DNA of 32,000 nucleotides. Source: an uncultured Opitutales bacterium (lineage in GTDB: Bacteria > Verrucomicrobiota > Verrucomicrobiia > Opitutales > Intestinicryptomonadaceae). The position numbers and the translations under genes were made by a program. The notes beneath the pieces are model-generated. The model did not search any database. It saw only the letters and a list, made by a program, of their open reading frames with translations, and was not told the DNA's origin. This document shows, piece after piece, positions 15,300-24,538 of the stretch; within the stretch, counting starts at the first letter, position 1, and each line of letters starts with the position of its first letter. The DNA lies in NCBI GenBank assembly GCA_934613415.1, contig CAKTSY010000006.1, positions 30,001 to 62,000 of the forward strand. The letters are read 5' to 3'.

Positions 15300-18200
15300 C
15301 TATTTTTCGTATGTTTTAAGCAAAATCTTTCCTACATTGCCGAAAGAAATTAGGCTGTAGTTGTCTGTCCAGTCGCCCGGAACCTTGTTTTGGGTTGTCC
15401 AGGCCTTTAAGGACTTTCTTCTGTCGCCCATTTGGTGGCTTTGGAAGGAATGCGGCCATGCGCCGCGGGGCTCGCCTATTATGTTGTGGTGCGGACCCAT
15501 AAGGTTGCGCAGCGTCGGGTAGCATTCAACCGCAACGGTTTCGTTGCCGGTTTTTACATACTTTGTTATGTCAAGCTCGTAAGGAGCGTCGTAGATAACA
15601 CCCGCAAGAACGTCGTTTACGCGAATTGCAACAACCGCGCAATCGGTTTTGCCCAAGGCTATTGCAAAGCGTTTGTTTGCCGCCGGCTTTACATTGCCCA
15701 GTTTTACCAAATAGGTAAATGCCCCCGTGTAGAAGGGATAGCCTTTATAGGTTATATCGCAAACTTCGGTTACGGGTTTTTGGTCGCAAATATATAGCGA
15801 ATCTGCCTTTGCCCTTGTAACTGCGGGGGCGGGCAAGCCCATTTTCAACAATGTTTTGTCGAAGGGATTTTCGCCCGTAGCTTCGGCATTAACCGCAAAA
15901 TTGCCTATTATATATACCGACTCTATTTCCGTACCATACCTCTTAAATGCGGGTTTAGCCAAGCCTCTTATGCCGCACTCGAATTTGTCGAATTCAAGTT
16001 CCAGCACATTGTCGCCTTCTACAACTTCTTTTGTTATGTTTACGGGCAACCATCTAAAGTCGCGCCAGAAATTTGCACCTTCGTACTTAACGGGAGTGCC
16101 GTTTACCCTTATTTCGGAGCAGCGCAAGGGGTTTTCTATTACAGCCGCCATTGGCAGACCTTTTTTAAGACCTTTTACCTTAAACGGATACCTTATTGTC
16201 AACTTGCCGTTGTAGCGAATTTGGTTTAAATAGTTTTGAATTTCTATTACGGGAACTGCATATTCGCCGCTTTCGCCCGCGTTGTTTGTTTCGTAAAAGG
16301 CGTAGTCTAGCGTAAGGCTGTTCCATTCGTTGGGGCCTGCCGCCAAAACCTTAAGCTCTTTTTGCGAAACAAGCGTTTCGGGCTTTTCTTTTTTGGCTTT
16401 TGGCGAATCTTTAGAGAGCATTATGAGCTTTGTCTGCACGCTTTGCAAATTAAGCGGCATTACAAAACTGCCCGATTTCCTTTCCGCAAAAAACTCGGTT
16501 ATTTTGCCCGTTTTTATATCCAGCTCTTTTATGCTGTTGTATACGCCGCCGAACTTTGCCACGCCTTCGAACGCCGAATTTCTGTCGAGATTGGCAATCA
16601 GTATAATTCTGGAGCCGTCGGACAAATCCCTTGCGTGCGACCACACCAAGTCTTTGTTGCCGCTTTTTGTTTCTATTGCAACTTCTCTTTCCAATACGGG
16701 AATAATTCTTTTCGACAATTCAAAAGCCTCAAGCTTTTCGACGTTTTTCATCAACTCCATAATTCTGGGGTTTTCTTCGCCGTCTATCATAAGCGGGCAT
16801 TCGTTGCCGGCAAACAAAAGCAAGCCGCCCGTTTTTTGGAATTTTTCAAGCATTTGTACTGTAGACATTCTTAACGTGCACGACGACGGAATTACCACAA
16901 TAGAGTAGGTGCTTTGCCCTACCGATATTGTGCCTTTGCCCGCCGAACCGTCTTCGGCCATAATTTGTTCGCTTGCATAGTCGAAGCCTATGTTGTTTGC
17001 CAAAAGGTTGTCTGTTACCTGGTTTAAGCCGTCTTCGTAGGCTTTATATCTTTTATTCGTGCCCGCCCTATCCCAAACGGGGGCGTTGTTGTCGCAAGGT
17101 TGTATAAATTTTGCCCGAACCGACTCCATTGGGTGTATTACCAAAACTTTTGCGCAATATTTTCCCTGCGCCATTGCATAGCAAAGCCTTGCAAGGGGAA
17201 TGTCTAAAGTGCTGTTTAAGCCCCACCACGGCTGCTGATAGTATATGCTTTGCGGATAGTCTCTTTTGCGGCAGCCCGCCATAGTATATAAAGACAAATG
17301 CGGGTTTATTAAGTTTACGCCAAGCAAAACCTGCTCTACCGCAACCCATTTTCGGTCTTCAAAGCTTAGGGCAGCGCCTCCTATGCCGTACATTTCCGAC
17401 AGCATTCTCTTTTTGCCGAATTGGTTTACAACACTTTGGCACTGCTTTGCCGCGGGTCTTTCGCCAATTTGTCTTAAAAGGTGGTCTATGCCGGGAATTT
17501 GGTTGTGCCTGTAATAGGGCATAACGTCGCCCATAGCCAACTGGCTGCCCGAAAGCGGAAACTCCTGCATAAAGTGCCCCGTAAGCGAAATGTTGTGCTG
17601 CCCGCACCAATCGGCAATCTGCTTGGGATACGCTTCTTCGAACATCTTGTTCAGGGTTCTGTAGTACTTTACCCTAAAGCTTTCGGCTCCCTTTGTGTCG
17701 GTAAACAGTTTGTAGAAATGGGGAATCGGATCGAAACCGTATTCGTTTTTAAAAGTTTCTACCAAATTAGACGAATAGGCAATGCCGCCGCCTATGGTTG
17801 CACTGCGGTCCGACATACTCGGTTCGTCGGTAAATTCGGCAACTATAACCTTGCCGTAGTATTCGGAATACCTTTTATAATAGCTTTCGTAGGCGTCGGT
17901 TATAAATTTGCCAACGGCAGCCTTGTTCATTGTGTCAATATAGGTTGCCCCGTTGTAGCGGGCGTTGCCCATGGGGGCTATATATTTATATACCTGAATG
18001 CCGTCGTGCGGTTCGCCAATAGGCTCGCAGTGTTTGGGCACTCTTTCGCCGACTTTTCGCGCCACCAAAGATTTTTGGCGGTAGTCTTCGTTTGCCGCGG
18101 GAACAGTGCCGCCGCTATATCCGCTCGGCCAGCCGTCTTCGTCGTATAGCCAAACTTTTAGCCCCGTTTCAACACAGGCGTCTATTGCCGCGCTTACGCC

Positions 18201-18488
18201 CTTAAACCAGTCGTCGGAAAGATATTCGGTAATAAGCCCTTCGCGGCTATGCACAAAGGCGCCACCCCAACCGCCGCGCTTAATTTCGTTTACCTGACGC
18301 TTAATTTCGTCGGGCTGCATAACTTCGTTCCAGCTCCAAAAGGGCACTGCCTTAAATTCTACGGGAACGTCTGCAAAATCCTTTTCGTTAAAAGGCTGGG
18401 CTTCTTCGGCGGCAAGTTGCTGCCCCGACACAAACGCCCCAACGAAGGCTGCAACTGCAAAAAATTTATTGGTAAATGTGGTTTTCAT
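15300..18488 (-). CDS. large secreted glycoside-hydrolase-like protein (CAZy family not assignable by eye)
   Basis: 1062 aa with signal peptide MKTTFTNKFFAVAAFVGAFVSGQQLAA. I remember the N-terminal block PFWSWNE..IKRGGWGGAFVHSREGL..WLYDEDGWPSGYSGG from large bacterial glycosidases often annotated as GH2-sugar-binding or GH106-like. This rests on memory, not on a search. Confidence 0.5.
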   Translation of the reverse strand: MKTTFTNKFFAVAAFVGAFVSGQQLAAEEAQPFNEKDFADVPVEFKAVPFWSWNEVMQPDEIKRQVNEIKRGGWGGAFVHSREGLITEYLSDDWFKGVSAAIDACVETGLKVWLYDEDGWPSGYSGGTVPAANEDYRQKSLVARKVGERVPKHCEPIGEPHDGIQVYKYIAPMGNARYNGATYIDTMNKAAVGKFITDAYESYYKRYSEYYGKVIVAEFTDEPSMSDRSATIGGGIAYSSNLVETFKNEYGFDPIPHFYKLFTDTKGAESFRVKYYRTLNKMFEEAYPKQIADWCGQHNISLTGHFMQEFPLSGSQLAMGDVMPYYRHNQIPGIDHLLRQIGERPAAKQCQSVVNQFGKKRMLSEMYGIGGAALSFEDRKWVAVEQVLLGVNLINPHLSLYTMAGCRKRDYPQSIYYQQPWWGLNSTLDIPLARLCYAMAQGKYCAKVLVIHPMESVRAKFIQPCDNNAPVWDRAGTNKRYKAYEDGLNQVTDNLLANNIGFDYASEQIMAEDGSAGKGTISVGQSTYSIVVIPSSCTLRMSTVQMLEKFQKTGGLLLFAGNECPLMIDGEENPRIMELMKNVEKLEAFELSKRIIPVLEREVAIETKSGNKDLVWSHARDLSDGSRIILIANLDRNSAFEGVAKFGGVYNSIKELDIKTGKITEFFAERKSGSFVMPLNLQSVQTKLIMLSKDSPKAKKEKPETLVSQKELKVLAAGPNEWNSLTLDYAFYETNNAGESGEYAVPVIEIQNYLNQIRYNGKLTIRYPFKVKGLKKGLPMAAVIENPLRCSEIRVNGTPVKYEGANFWRDFRWLPVNITKEVVEGDNVLELEFDKFECGIRGLAKPAFKRYGTEIESVYIIGNFAVNAEATGENPFDKTLLKMGLPAPAVTRAKADSLYICDQKPVTEVCDITYKGYPFYTGAFTYLVKLGNVKPAANKRFAIALGKTDCAVVAIRVNDVLAGVIYDAPYELDITKYVKTGNETVAVECYPTLRNLMGPHHNIIGEPRGAWPHSFQSHQMGDRRKSLKAWTTQNKVPGDWTDNYSLISFGNVGKILLKTYEK

Positions 18489-18701
18489 ATATAAATTGTT
18501 TAATATCTTAACAAGAATACAGTTATTTTGCCAAAAGCGTCAAGATATAAAAGTTTGCCAACTTTGATATTTTCGGGCAAAACACGCCCTTTTGGTATTT
18601 TTTGAAAAATTCGACAAATCTGTAGGCTTTTATATTTATTGCATAAAATTTATTAGTAAACTTGACTTTGGGCAAAATAAGTTCAGAAATGTAGCCTTAA
18701 T

Positions 18702-21700
18702 ATGCCAAAACGCACAGATATTAAGTCTATTTTAATAGTAGGTTCGGGCCCTATAGTTATAGGCCAGGCCTGCGAATTTGATTACTCGGGGAGCCAAGCC
18801 TGCAAAGCACTAAGAGAGGAAGGCTACAAGGTTATATTGGTAAATTCCAATCCCGCCACGATTATGACCGACCCGCAAATGGCCGATGTTACATACATAG
18901 AGCCGCTTGTACCGGAAATTCTCGAAAAGATTATTGCGAAAGAGCGTCCCGACGCCCTATTGCCCACACTTGGCGGCCAAACAGGCTTAAATTTGTCGCT
19001 AAAGCTGCACCAGCTGGGCATTTTAAAGAAATATAATGTAGAGCTTATCGGTGCCGACGCCGAAGCAATCGAAAAGGGTGAAGACCGCGAAAAGTTCCGC
19101 GAAGCCATGATAAAAATCGGCTTGGACGTTCCCCTAAGCAAGGTTGTACACTCGCTAAAAGAAGCTCTTGAATGGGCCGACTCGCACAAGAAATACCCCC
19201 TAATTATCAGACCCAGCTTTACATTGGGCGGCACGGGCGGCGGCATTGCCTACAATAGAGACGAGTTCGAAAGAATGGCAGCCTTCGGCCTAAGCGCGTC
19301 TCCTGCAAACGAAATTTTGGTTGAAGAATCGCTTTTGGGCTGGAAAGAGCTTGAAATGGAAGTTATGCGCGACTGCAAAGACCAGTGCATAGCAATCTGC
19401 TCTATCGAAAACTTCGACCCCATGGGCGTACACACGGGCGACTCGATAACAATTGCCCCGGCGTTAACTCTCACAAACAAAGAATACCAGCTTATGCGCG
19501 ACGCCTCGTTTGCCGTAATAAGGGAAATTGGCGTAAAGACGGGCGGCTCGAACATTCAGTTTGCGCTTAACCCCAAAGACGGGCGAATGATTATCATAGA
19601 AATGAACCCCCGTGTTTCGCGCTCTTCGGCGTTGGCCTCGAAGGCTACGGGCTTCCCGATTGCGAAATTCGCCGCAAAATTGGCGGTTGGCTATTCTTTG
19701 GACGAATTAAGAAACGACATTACAAAGGAAACCCCCGCAAGTTTCGAACCGGCAATCGACTATGTTGTGGCAAAAGTTCCGCGCTTTGCTTTCGAAAAAT
19801 TTGCGGGGGCCGACAACACCCTTACAAGCTCGATGAAGAGCGTAGGCGAAGTTATGTCTATTGGCCGCAGCTTTAAAGAATGCTTGCAAAAGGCTTTGCG
19901 TTCACTGGAAATCGGGGCGCGCGGCCTGGGCGGCGGCGGCAAATTTGGCGGCAGCGAAATTACCGATATGTCGGTAATAAGCAAAGGCCTTGTAAGGCCC
20001 ACTGCCGAAAGAATTTTCTATATGCGCTACGCCATTTTGGCGGGTATGACAACCGAGCAAATCAGCGACCTTACGAAGATAGACCCCTGGTTTGTACGCG
20101 AAGTCGAGGGCATTGTTCGCATAGAGCAAACTTTGGCAAAAGAGGGGCTTTTGGGCCTTAACAAAGACCTTTTGGAAAAGGCGAAAAAGGCTGGCTTTAC
20201 CGATTTGCAGATTGCAACAATTTGCAACACAAAAATCAGAAACATTAAAAAGTTGCGCGAAGATTTCGGCATAAACACGGTATACCGCTTGGTAGACACC
20301 TGCGCCGCCGAATTCGAAGCGTTTACCCCCTACTACTATTCTTCGTACGGGGCAGAAAACGAGCTTAAGCCCAGCAACAAAAAGAAGATTATGATTATAG
20401 GCGGCGGCCCCAACAGAATAGGTCAGGGCATAGAGTTCGACTACTGTTGCGTGCATGCGTCTTTTGCGCTTAGAGAAGCCGGCTACGAAACCATAATGGT
20501 AAATTCCAATCCCGAAACGGTTTCGACCGACTACGACACTTCCGACAAGCTTTTCTTTGAACCGCTAACGCTTGAAGACGTGCTTGAAGTTTACAAACAA
20601 AACAAGTGCGACGGCGCGATAGTTCAGTTCGGGGGGCAAACTCCGCTAAACTTGGCGGCAGAATTGCAGGAAAACGGCGTAAACATAATAGGAACTTCGC
20701 CCGAATCTATAGACGCCGCCGAAGACCGCGAAATTTTCAAACACATAATAGAAAAGCTGCACTTAAGGCAGCCCGTAAACGCAACGGCAACCACCCCCGA
20801 AGAAGCCTACAAGCTTGCGGGGCAAATTGGGTTCCCGATATTGCTCAGACCCTCGTTCGTATTGGGCGGCAGGGGTATGTTTATAGTATACGGCATGGAC
20901 GACATGAAGAAGGTTATAAGAGACGCCTTCGAAGCCGCTCCTGGCAAACCCGTATTGCTCGACAAATTCCTTGAAGACGCCATAGAGCTTGACGTAGACG
21001 CAATTTCCGACGGCGAAACAACCGTTATTGGCGGCATGCTAGAGCATATCGAATATGCTGGCGTGCACTCGGGCGACGCTGCAATGGTATTGCCCCCGCA
21101 CACACTTTCCGAAAACGTGCTAAACGAAGTGCGCAAGGCAACCTACGACTTGGCAAAAGAGCTTAAAGTTATAGGGTTAATGAACATTCAGTTCGCAATC
21201 AAAAAGGGCGAAGTTTACATCTTGGAAGTAAACCCGAGGGCTTCGAGAACGGTTCCGTTTACATCGAAAGCCATAGGCGTGCCGCTGGCAAAGATTGCAG
21301 CGCGCGTAATGGCGGGCGAAAAGCTGAAAGACTTGGGCTTTACAAAAGAAGTGAAAATCCCCTACATAGCCGTAAAGGAAAGTGTATTTCCCTTTGTGCG
21401 CTTTAGCGGAGCAACCATTATGCTAAGCCCCGAAATGAGGTCTACAGGCGAAGTTATGGGCCTAGACAAAGACCTGGGAACAGCATTTGCAAAGAGCCAA
21501 ATTGCGGCTCAGCCCGGCTTGCCGAGTTCGGGCAACGTGTTCTTGTCGGTAAAAGACCACGACAAGGAAATGGCGGTTGAAATCGCAAAATCGCTGGATA
21601 AATTGGGCTTTAAGATTTTCTCGACGGCGGGCACGGCCAAGCTTTTGGCCGACAACGGCATTCCCGTAACGAGAACCTACAAGCTTAACGAAGGGGCTCG

Positions 21701-21938
21701 TCCGAATGTTATAGACATGATTAAGAACGACGAAATGTCGCTTATAATCAACACGCCCTCGGGAATGTATCCTTTGCTCGACGAAAACCTTATTAGGCAG
21801 GAAGCCCTTTTAAAGAAGGTTTGCATTATAACCACAATGATGGGAGCGTATGCAGCAATTAAGGGCATAGAAGCTATGCGAAGCAAAGACCTAAGCGTGA
21901 AATCGCTTCAGGAATATATGGAACAGTTAAAGAAATAA
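18702..21938 (+). CDS. carB: carbamoyl-phosphate synthase large subunit
   Basis: 1078 aa starting [30 protein letters not shown]. Shows the duplicated ATP-grasp halves (second repeat [25 protein letters not shown]) and an MGS-like C-terminus. Confidence 0.97.
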   Translation: MPKRTDIKSILIVGSGPIVIGQACEFDYSGSQACKALREEGYKVILVNSNPATIMTDPQMADVTYIEPLVPEILEKIIAKERPDALLPTLGGQTGLNLSLKLHQLGILKKYNVELIGADAEAIEKGEDREKFREAMIKIGLDVPLSKVVHSLKEALEWADSHKKYPLIIRPSFTLGGTGGGIAYNRDEFERMAAFGLSASPANEILVEESLLGWKELEMEVMRDCKDQCIAICSIENFDPMGVHTGDSITIAPALTLTNKEYQLMRDASFAVIREIGVKTGGSNIQFALNPKDGRMIIIEMNPRVSRSSALASKATGFPIAKFAAKLAVGYSLDELRNDITKETPASFEPAIDYVVAKVPRFAFEKFAGADNTLTSSMKSVGEVMSIGRSFKECLQKALRSLEIGARGLGGGGKFGGSEITDMSVISKGLVRPTAERIFYMRYAILAGMTTEQISDLTKIDPWFVREVEGIVRIEQTLAKEGLLGLNKDLLEKAKKAGFTDLQIATICNTKIRNIKKLREDFGINTVYRLVDTCAAEFEAFTPYYYSSYGAENELKPSNKKKIMIIGGGPNRIGQGIEFDYCCVHASFALREAGYETIMVNSNPETVSTDYDTSDKLFFEPLTLEDVLEVYKQNKCDGAIVQFGGQTPLNLAAELQENGVNIIGTSPESIDAAEDREIFKHIIEKLHLRQPVNATATTPEEAYKLAGQIGFPILLRPSFVLGGRGMFIVYGMDDMKKVIRDAFEAAPGKPVLLDKFLEDAIELDVDAISDGETTVIGGMLEHIEYAGVHSGDAAMVLPPHTLSENVLNEVRKATYDLAKELKVIGLMNIQFAIKKGEVYILEVNPRASRTVPFTSKAIGVPLAKIAARVMAGEKLKDLGFTKEVKIPYIAVKESVFPFVRFSGATIMLSPEMRSTGEVMGLDKDLGTAFAKSQIAAQPGLPSSGNVFLSVKDHDKEMAVEIAKSLDKLGFKIFSTAGTAKLLADNGIPVTRTYKLNEGARPNVIDMIKNDEMSLIINTPSGMYPLLDENLIRQEALLKKVCIITTMMGAYAAIKGIEAMRSKDLSVKSLQEYMEQLKK

Positions 21939-21942
21939 GACC

Positions 21943-23094
21943 ATGAACGACGCAGTATTGGCATTTGAAGACGGTAGCGTTTTTAGAGGCAAGGCCTTTG
22001 GCGCAAGAAAAACAACTTTGGGCGAAGCCATTTTCAACACATCGGAAATGGGCTATCAGGAATTGCTGACAGACCCAAGCAACTACAAGCTTATTCTTAC
22101 AATGACATTTGTGGAAATAGGCTGCTACGGCATTAACGAAGAAGACGTTGAAAGCGACTCGGTTAAAGTTTCGGGCCTTGTAGTTGCTCAGGAATGCGAA
22201 GTGCCTAGCAACTGGCGCAGCCAAATGTCGCTCGACGAATATCTTAAAAAGAACGATGTTCCCGGCATTAGCGGTATAGACACTCGCGCAATAACCAAAA
22301 AGCTTAGGGTTGGCGGCGCGCTAAAGGCGTGTTTGTCTACCGAAGGCATTTCCGACAAAGAGGCAATAGAGCTTGCCAGAGGCTGGCAGGGTATTGCGGG
22401 TGTAGACTATATCAAGGAAATTACCTGCAAAAAACCCTATTATTTCGACACGAAAAAAATCAATATCGAGCCTTTCCAGCTTGGCGGCGTGCACATCAAC
22501 AAAAAGCCCCGCAAGGAAAAGCTGTTTAAGTGCGCGGCCGTAGACTACGGCGCAAAGCTTTCAATCTTAAAAAGCTTGGCATATAGCGGCTTCGATGTAA
22601 CGGTATTCCCCGCAACTGCAAGTGCCGAAGAAATTATGGAATTTGGCCCCGAATGCCTCTTCCTTTCGAACGGCCCTGGAGACCCTTCGGTTACAACCTA
22701 TGCGCACAAAACAGTTGCAAAGCTTATACAGCACTACCCGACTTTCGGCGTATGCTTCGGGCACCAGGTTATAACGCACGCAATAGGCGCAAAAACCTAC
22801 AAGCTTAAGTTCGGTCACCACGGCGGCAACCACCCCGTAAAAAATCTCGACACGGGCAAGATTAACATCACTTCGCAAAACCACGGTTTTGCGGCCGATG
22901 CAAAGTCTATCGAAAACGCGGGAGCCATTGTAAACGAAATCAATCTAAACGACCATACTGTAGAAGGTTTGCGCCATAAAGACCTGCCCTTGTTCTCGGT
23001 GCAATACCACCCCGAATCCGCACCCGGCCCCACAGACGCCTCGTACGTTTTCGACAATTTTTACGATATGGTGAAAAAAACTCTTGACAAGTAG
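21943..23094 (+). CDS. carA: carbamoyl-phosphate synthase small (glutaminase) subunit
   Basis: 383 aa. Class-I glutamine amidotransferase active site GVCFGHQ, plus VQYHPESAPGPTD. Starts 4 nt after the carB stop. Confidence 0.95.
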   Translation: MNDAVLAFEDGSVFRGKAFGARKTTLGEAIFNTSEMGYQELLTDPSNYKLILTMTFVEIGCYGINEEDVESDSVKVSGLVVAQECEVPSNWRSQMSLDEYLKKNDVPGISGIDTRAITKKLRVGGALKACLSTEGISDKEAIELARGWQGIAGVDYIKEITCKKPYYFDTKKINIEPFQLGGVHINKKPRKEKLFKCAAVDYGAKLSILKSLAYSGFDVTVFPATASAEEIMEFGPECLFLSNGPGDPSVTTYAHKTVAKLIQHYPTFGVCFGHQVITHAIGAKTYKLKFGHHGGNHPVKNLDTGKINITSQNHGFAADAKSIENAGAIVNEINLNDHTVEGLRHKDLPLFSVQYHPESAPGPTDASYVFDNFYDMVKKTLDK

Positions 23095-23125
23095 CAAAAA
23101 AAGTAAATTTCTTTGTAAATACAAA

Positions 23126-23203
23126 ATGAGAATCGCGTTTACAAACAACAACTGGTGGCGTTGGTCGGCTAAAATATTAGGCGGCTGGCTATCCTATTGT
23201 TAA
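23126..23203 (+). CDS. trpL: trp operon leader peptide, 25 aa: MRIAFTNNNWWRWSAKILGGWLSYC
   Basis: Hand-translated short ORF with 4 Trp codons, three of them clustered (TGG TGG CGT TGG at 23153-23164). An antiterminator/terminator pair follows directly, and the ORF lies 144 nt upstream of trpB. It is too short for the ORF track, and I saw no clear Shine-Dalgarno sequence. Confidence 0.75.
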   Translation: MRIAFTNNNWWRWSAKILGGWLSYC

Positions 23204-23264
23204 AACGCAAAGCGTTTGGGTTTACAAAAAATAGAACCTAAAAAAGAGGATAAGGCTAACCGCC
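23180..23264 (+). promoter_or_regulatory. candidate antiterminator pairing of the trp attenuator
   Basis: GGCGGCTGGCTATCCT (23180-23195, inside the 3' end of the leader ORF) can pair with AGGATAAGGCTAACCGCC (23247-23264). That target covers the terminator 5' arm, its loop and the start of its 3' arm. Runs of 5, 4 and 6 base pairs are separated by one mismatch and a 2-nt bulge. This pairing excludes the terminator. Hand-folded only. Confidence 0.55.
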
Positions 23265-23280
23265 TTATCCTCTTTTTTTT
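23245..23280 (+). terminator. intrinsic terminator of the trp attenuator
   Basis: Perfect 12-bp stem AGAGGATAAGGC (23245-23256) / GCCTTATCCTCT (23262-23273) with a 5-nt loop. The T run 23273-23280 (8 T) starts at the last stem base, leaving 7 unpaired Ts. Confidence 0.85.
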
Positions 23281-23346
23281 GCAAAACATACCCCAGTTAA
23301 AAAATTTAAAAACATACCAAATTTAAAAATAAGGAAAGAATAAAAA

Positions 23347-24537
23347 ATGGACAGCAACTACAAGGTAGACAACAACGGTTATTACGGCGAATTCGGCGGA
23401 GCATACATTCCCGAAATTTTGCGCAAAAATGTGGAACAACTGCAGGAAGCCTTCTTTTCGGCGATGAAAGACAAAAGTTTTTTGGACGAATTTTACGCCC
23501 TTTTGCGCGACTATGTGGGAAGACCTAGCCCCCTTTATTTCGCAAAAAAGCTCAGCGAAAAATACGGGGCAAAAATATATCTAAAAAGGGAGGACTTAAA
23601 CCACACGGGCTCGCACAAAATAAACAACGCCATAGGGCAAATACTTTTGGCGAAAAGAATGGGCAAAACGAGAATTTTGGCCGAAACCGGAGCCGGTCAA
23701 CACGGGGTGGCAACCGCAACCGCCTGCGCGCTTATGGGGCTAGACTGCACCGTATTTATGGGCGAAACCGACATTAAACGCCAAAAGGCAAATGTAGAAA
23801 AAATGCAAATGCTGGGGGCAAAAGTATACTCGGTTACAAGCGGCAACAAAACCCTTAAAGACGCTACAAACGAGGCAATAAGATACTGGTGCTGCAACCC
23901 CGACACCTACTACCTTATAGGCTCGGTTGTAGGCCCGCACCCCTACCCCGAACTTGTGGCGAAGTTTCAGTCGGTTATAAGCGAAGAGATAAAAAAGCAG
24001 CTTCTCGAAAAAGAGGGGCGCGACTACCCCGACTATGTAATTGCCTGCGTAGGCGGCGGCAGCAACGCGGCGGGCGCTTTCTACAACTTTTTGGACAATC
24101 CAAAAGTTAAGCTTATAGCGGCCGAAGCGGGCGGCATGGGCGTAGAAACTGGCAAAAGTGCTGCAACTTTGGCATTGGGCAGCCTCGGCGTTTTGCACGG
24201 CTCTAAAAGCATTGTAATTCAAGACAAAAACGGTCAGGTAATAGAGCCCTATTCGATTTCGGCGGGGCTAGACTACCCTGGCATTGGTCCGCTTCACGCA
24301 TATTTGGCAAAGGAAAAGAAAATGACGCCCTGCGCCGTAAACGACGACGAAGCCCTGCAGGCCGCCTATTTGGCGACGCTAAAAGAGGGCATTATTCCCG
24401 CGCTTGAATCGGCGCACGCCCTTGCAATGCTCGAAAAGATTGCATTTAAACCAACCGACATTGTGGTTGTAAACGTATCCGGCCGCGGCGACAAGGATAT
24501 GCCAACATACTTGGCAAACAGAAAGGTTGTTAAATAA
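23347..24537 (+). CDS. trpB: tryptophan synthase beta subunit (TrpB1 type)
   Basis: 396 aa containing [23 protein letters not shown] (PLP lysine) and [19 protein letters not shown] Shine-Dalgarno sequence 10 nt upstream. Confidence 0.96.
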   Translation: MDSNYKVDNNGYYGEFGGAYIPEILRKNVEQLQEAFFSAMKDKSFLDEFYALLRDYVGRPSPLYFAKKLSEKYGAKIYLKREDLNHTGSHKINNAIGQILLAKRMGKTRILAETGAGQHGVATATACALMGLDCTVFMGETDIKRQKANVEKMQMLGAKVYSVTSGNKTLKDATNEAIRYWCCNPDTYYLIGSVVGPHPYPELVAKFQSVISEEIKKQLLEKEGRDYPDYVIACVGGGSNAAGAFYNFLDNPKVKLIAAEAGGMGVETGKSAATLALGSLGVLHGSKSIVIQDKNGQVIEPYSISAGLDYPGIGPLHAYLAKEKKMTPCAVNDDEALQAAYLATLKEGIIPALESAHALAMLEKIAFKPTDIVVVNVSGRGDKDMPTYLANRKVVK

Positions 24538-24538
24538 A

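Noticed and set aside
16330-18149. Plus-strand ORFs of 170-222 aa (16330-16908, 16362-16874, 17481-18149) antisense to the 1062-aa gene.
   Set aside because: They lie entirely within a long, coherent minus-strand ORF that has a signal peptide. Their composition is typical of antisense frames.
19902-20456. 184-aa minus-strand ORF inside carB, plus other minus-strand ORFs inside carB, carA and the trp genes.
   Set aside because: They are antisense to unmistakable conserved enzymes and have no independent support.
23084-23089. Perfect TTGACA hexamer at the end of carA, considered as a -35 box for a trp promoter.
   Set aside because: No acceptable -10 hexamer lies 16-19 bp downstream (ATTTCT, TTTCTT). 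The TAAATA at 23116-23121 has no matching -35 box. The trp promoter remains unassigned.
24527-24538. TTG start for trpE, as given in the ORF track.
   Set aside because: An ATG at 24539, 1 nt after the trpB stop, gives a normal TrpE N-terminus (MVKLTQIV..DLQTPV). The TTG start would add 4 residues and overlap trpB by 11 nt. It cannot be excluded without experimental data.
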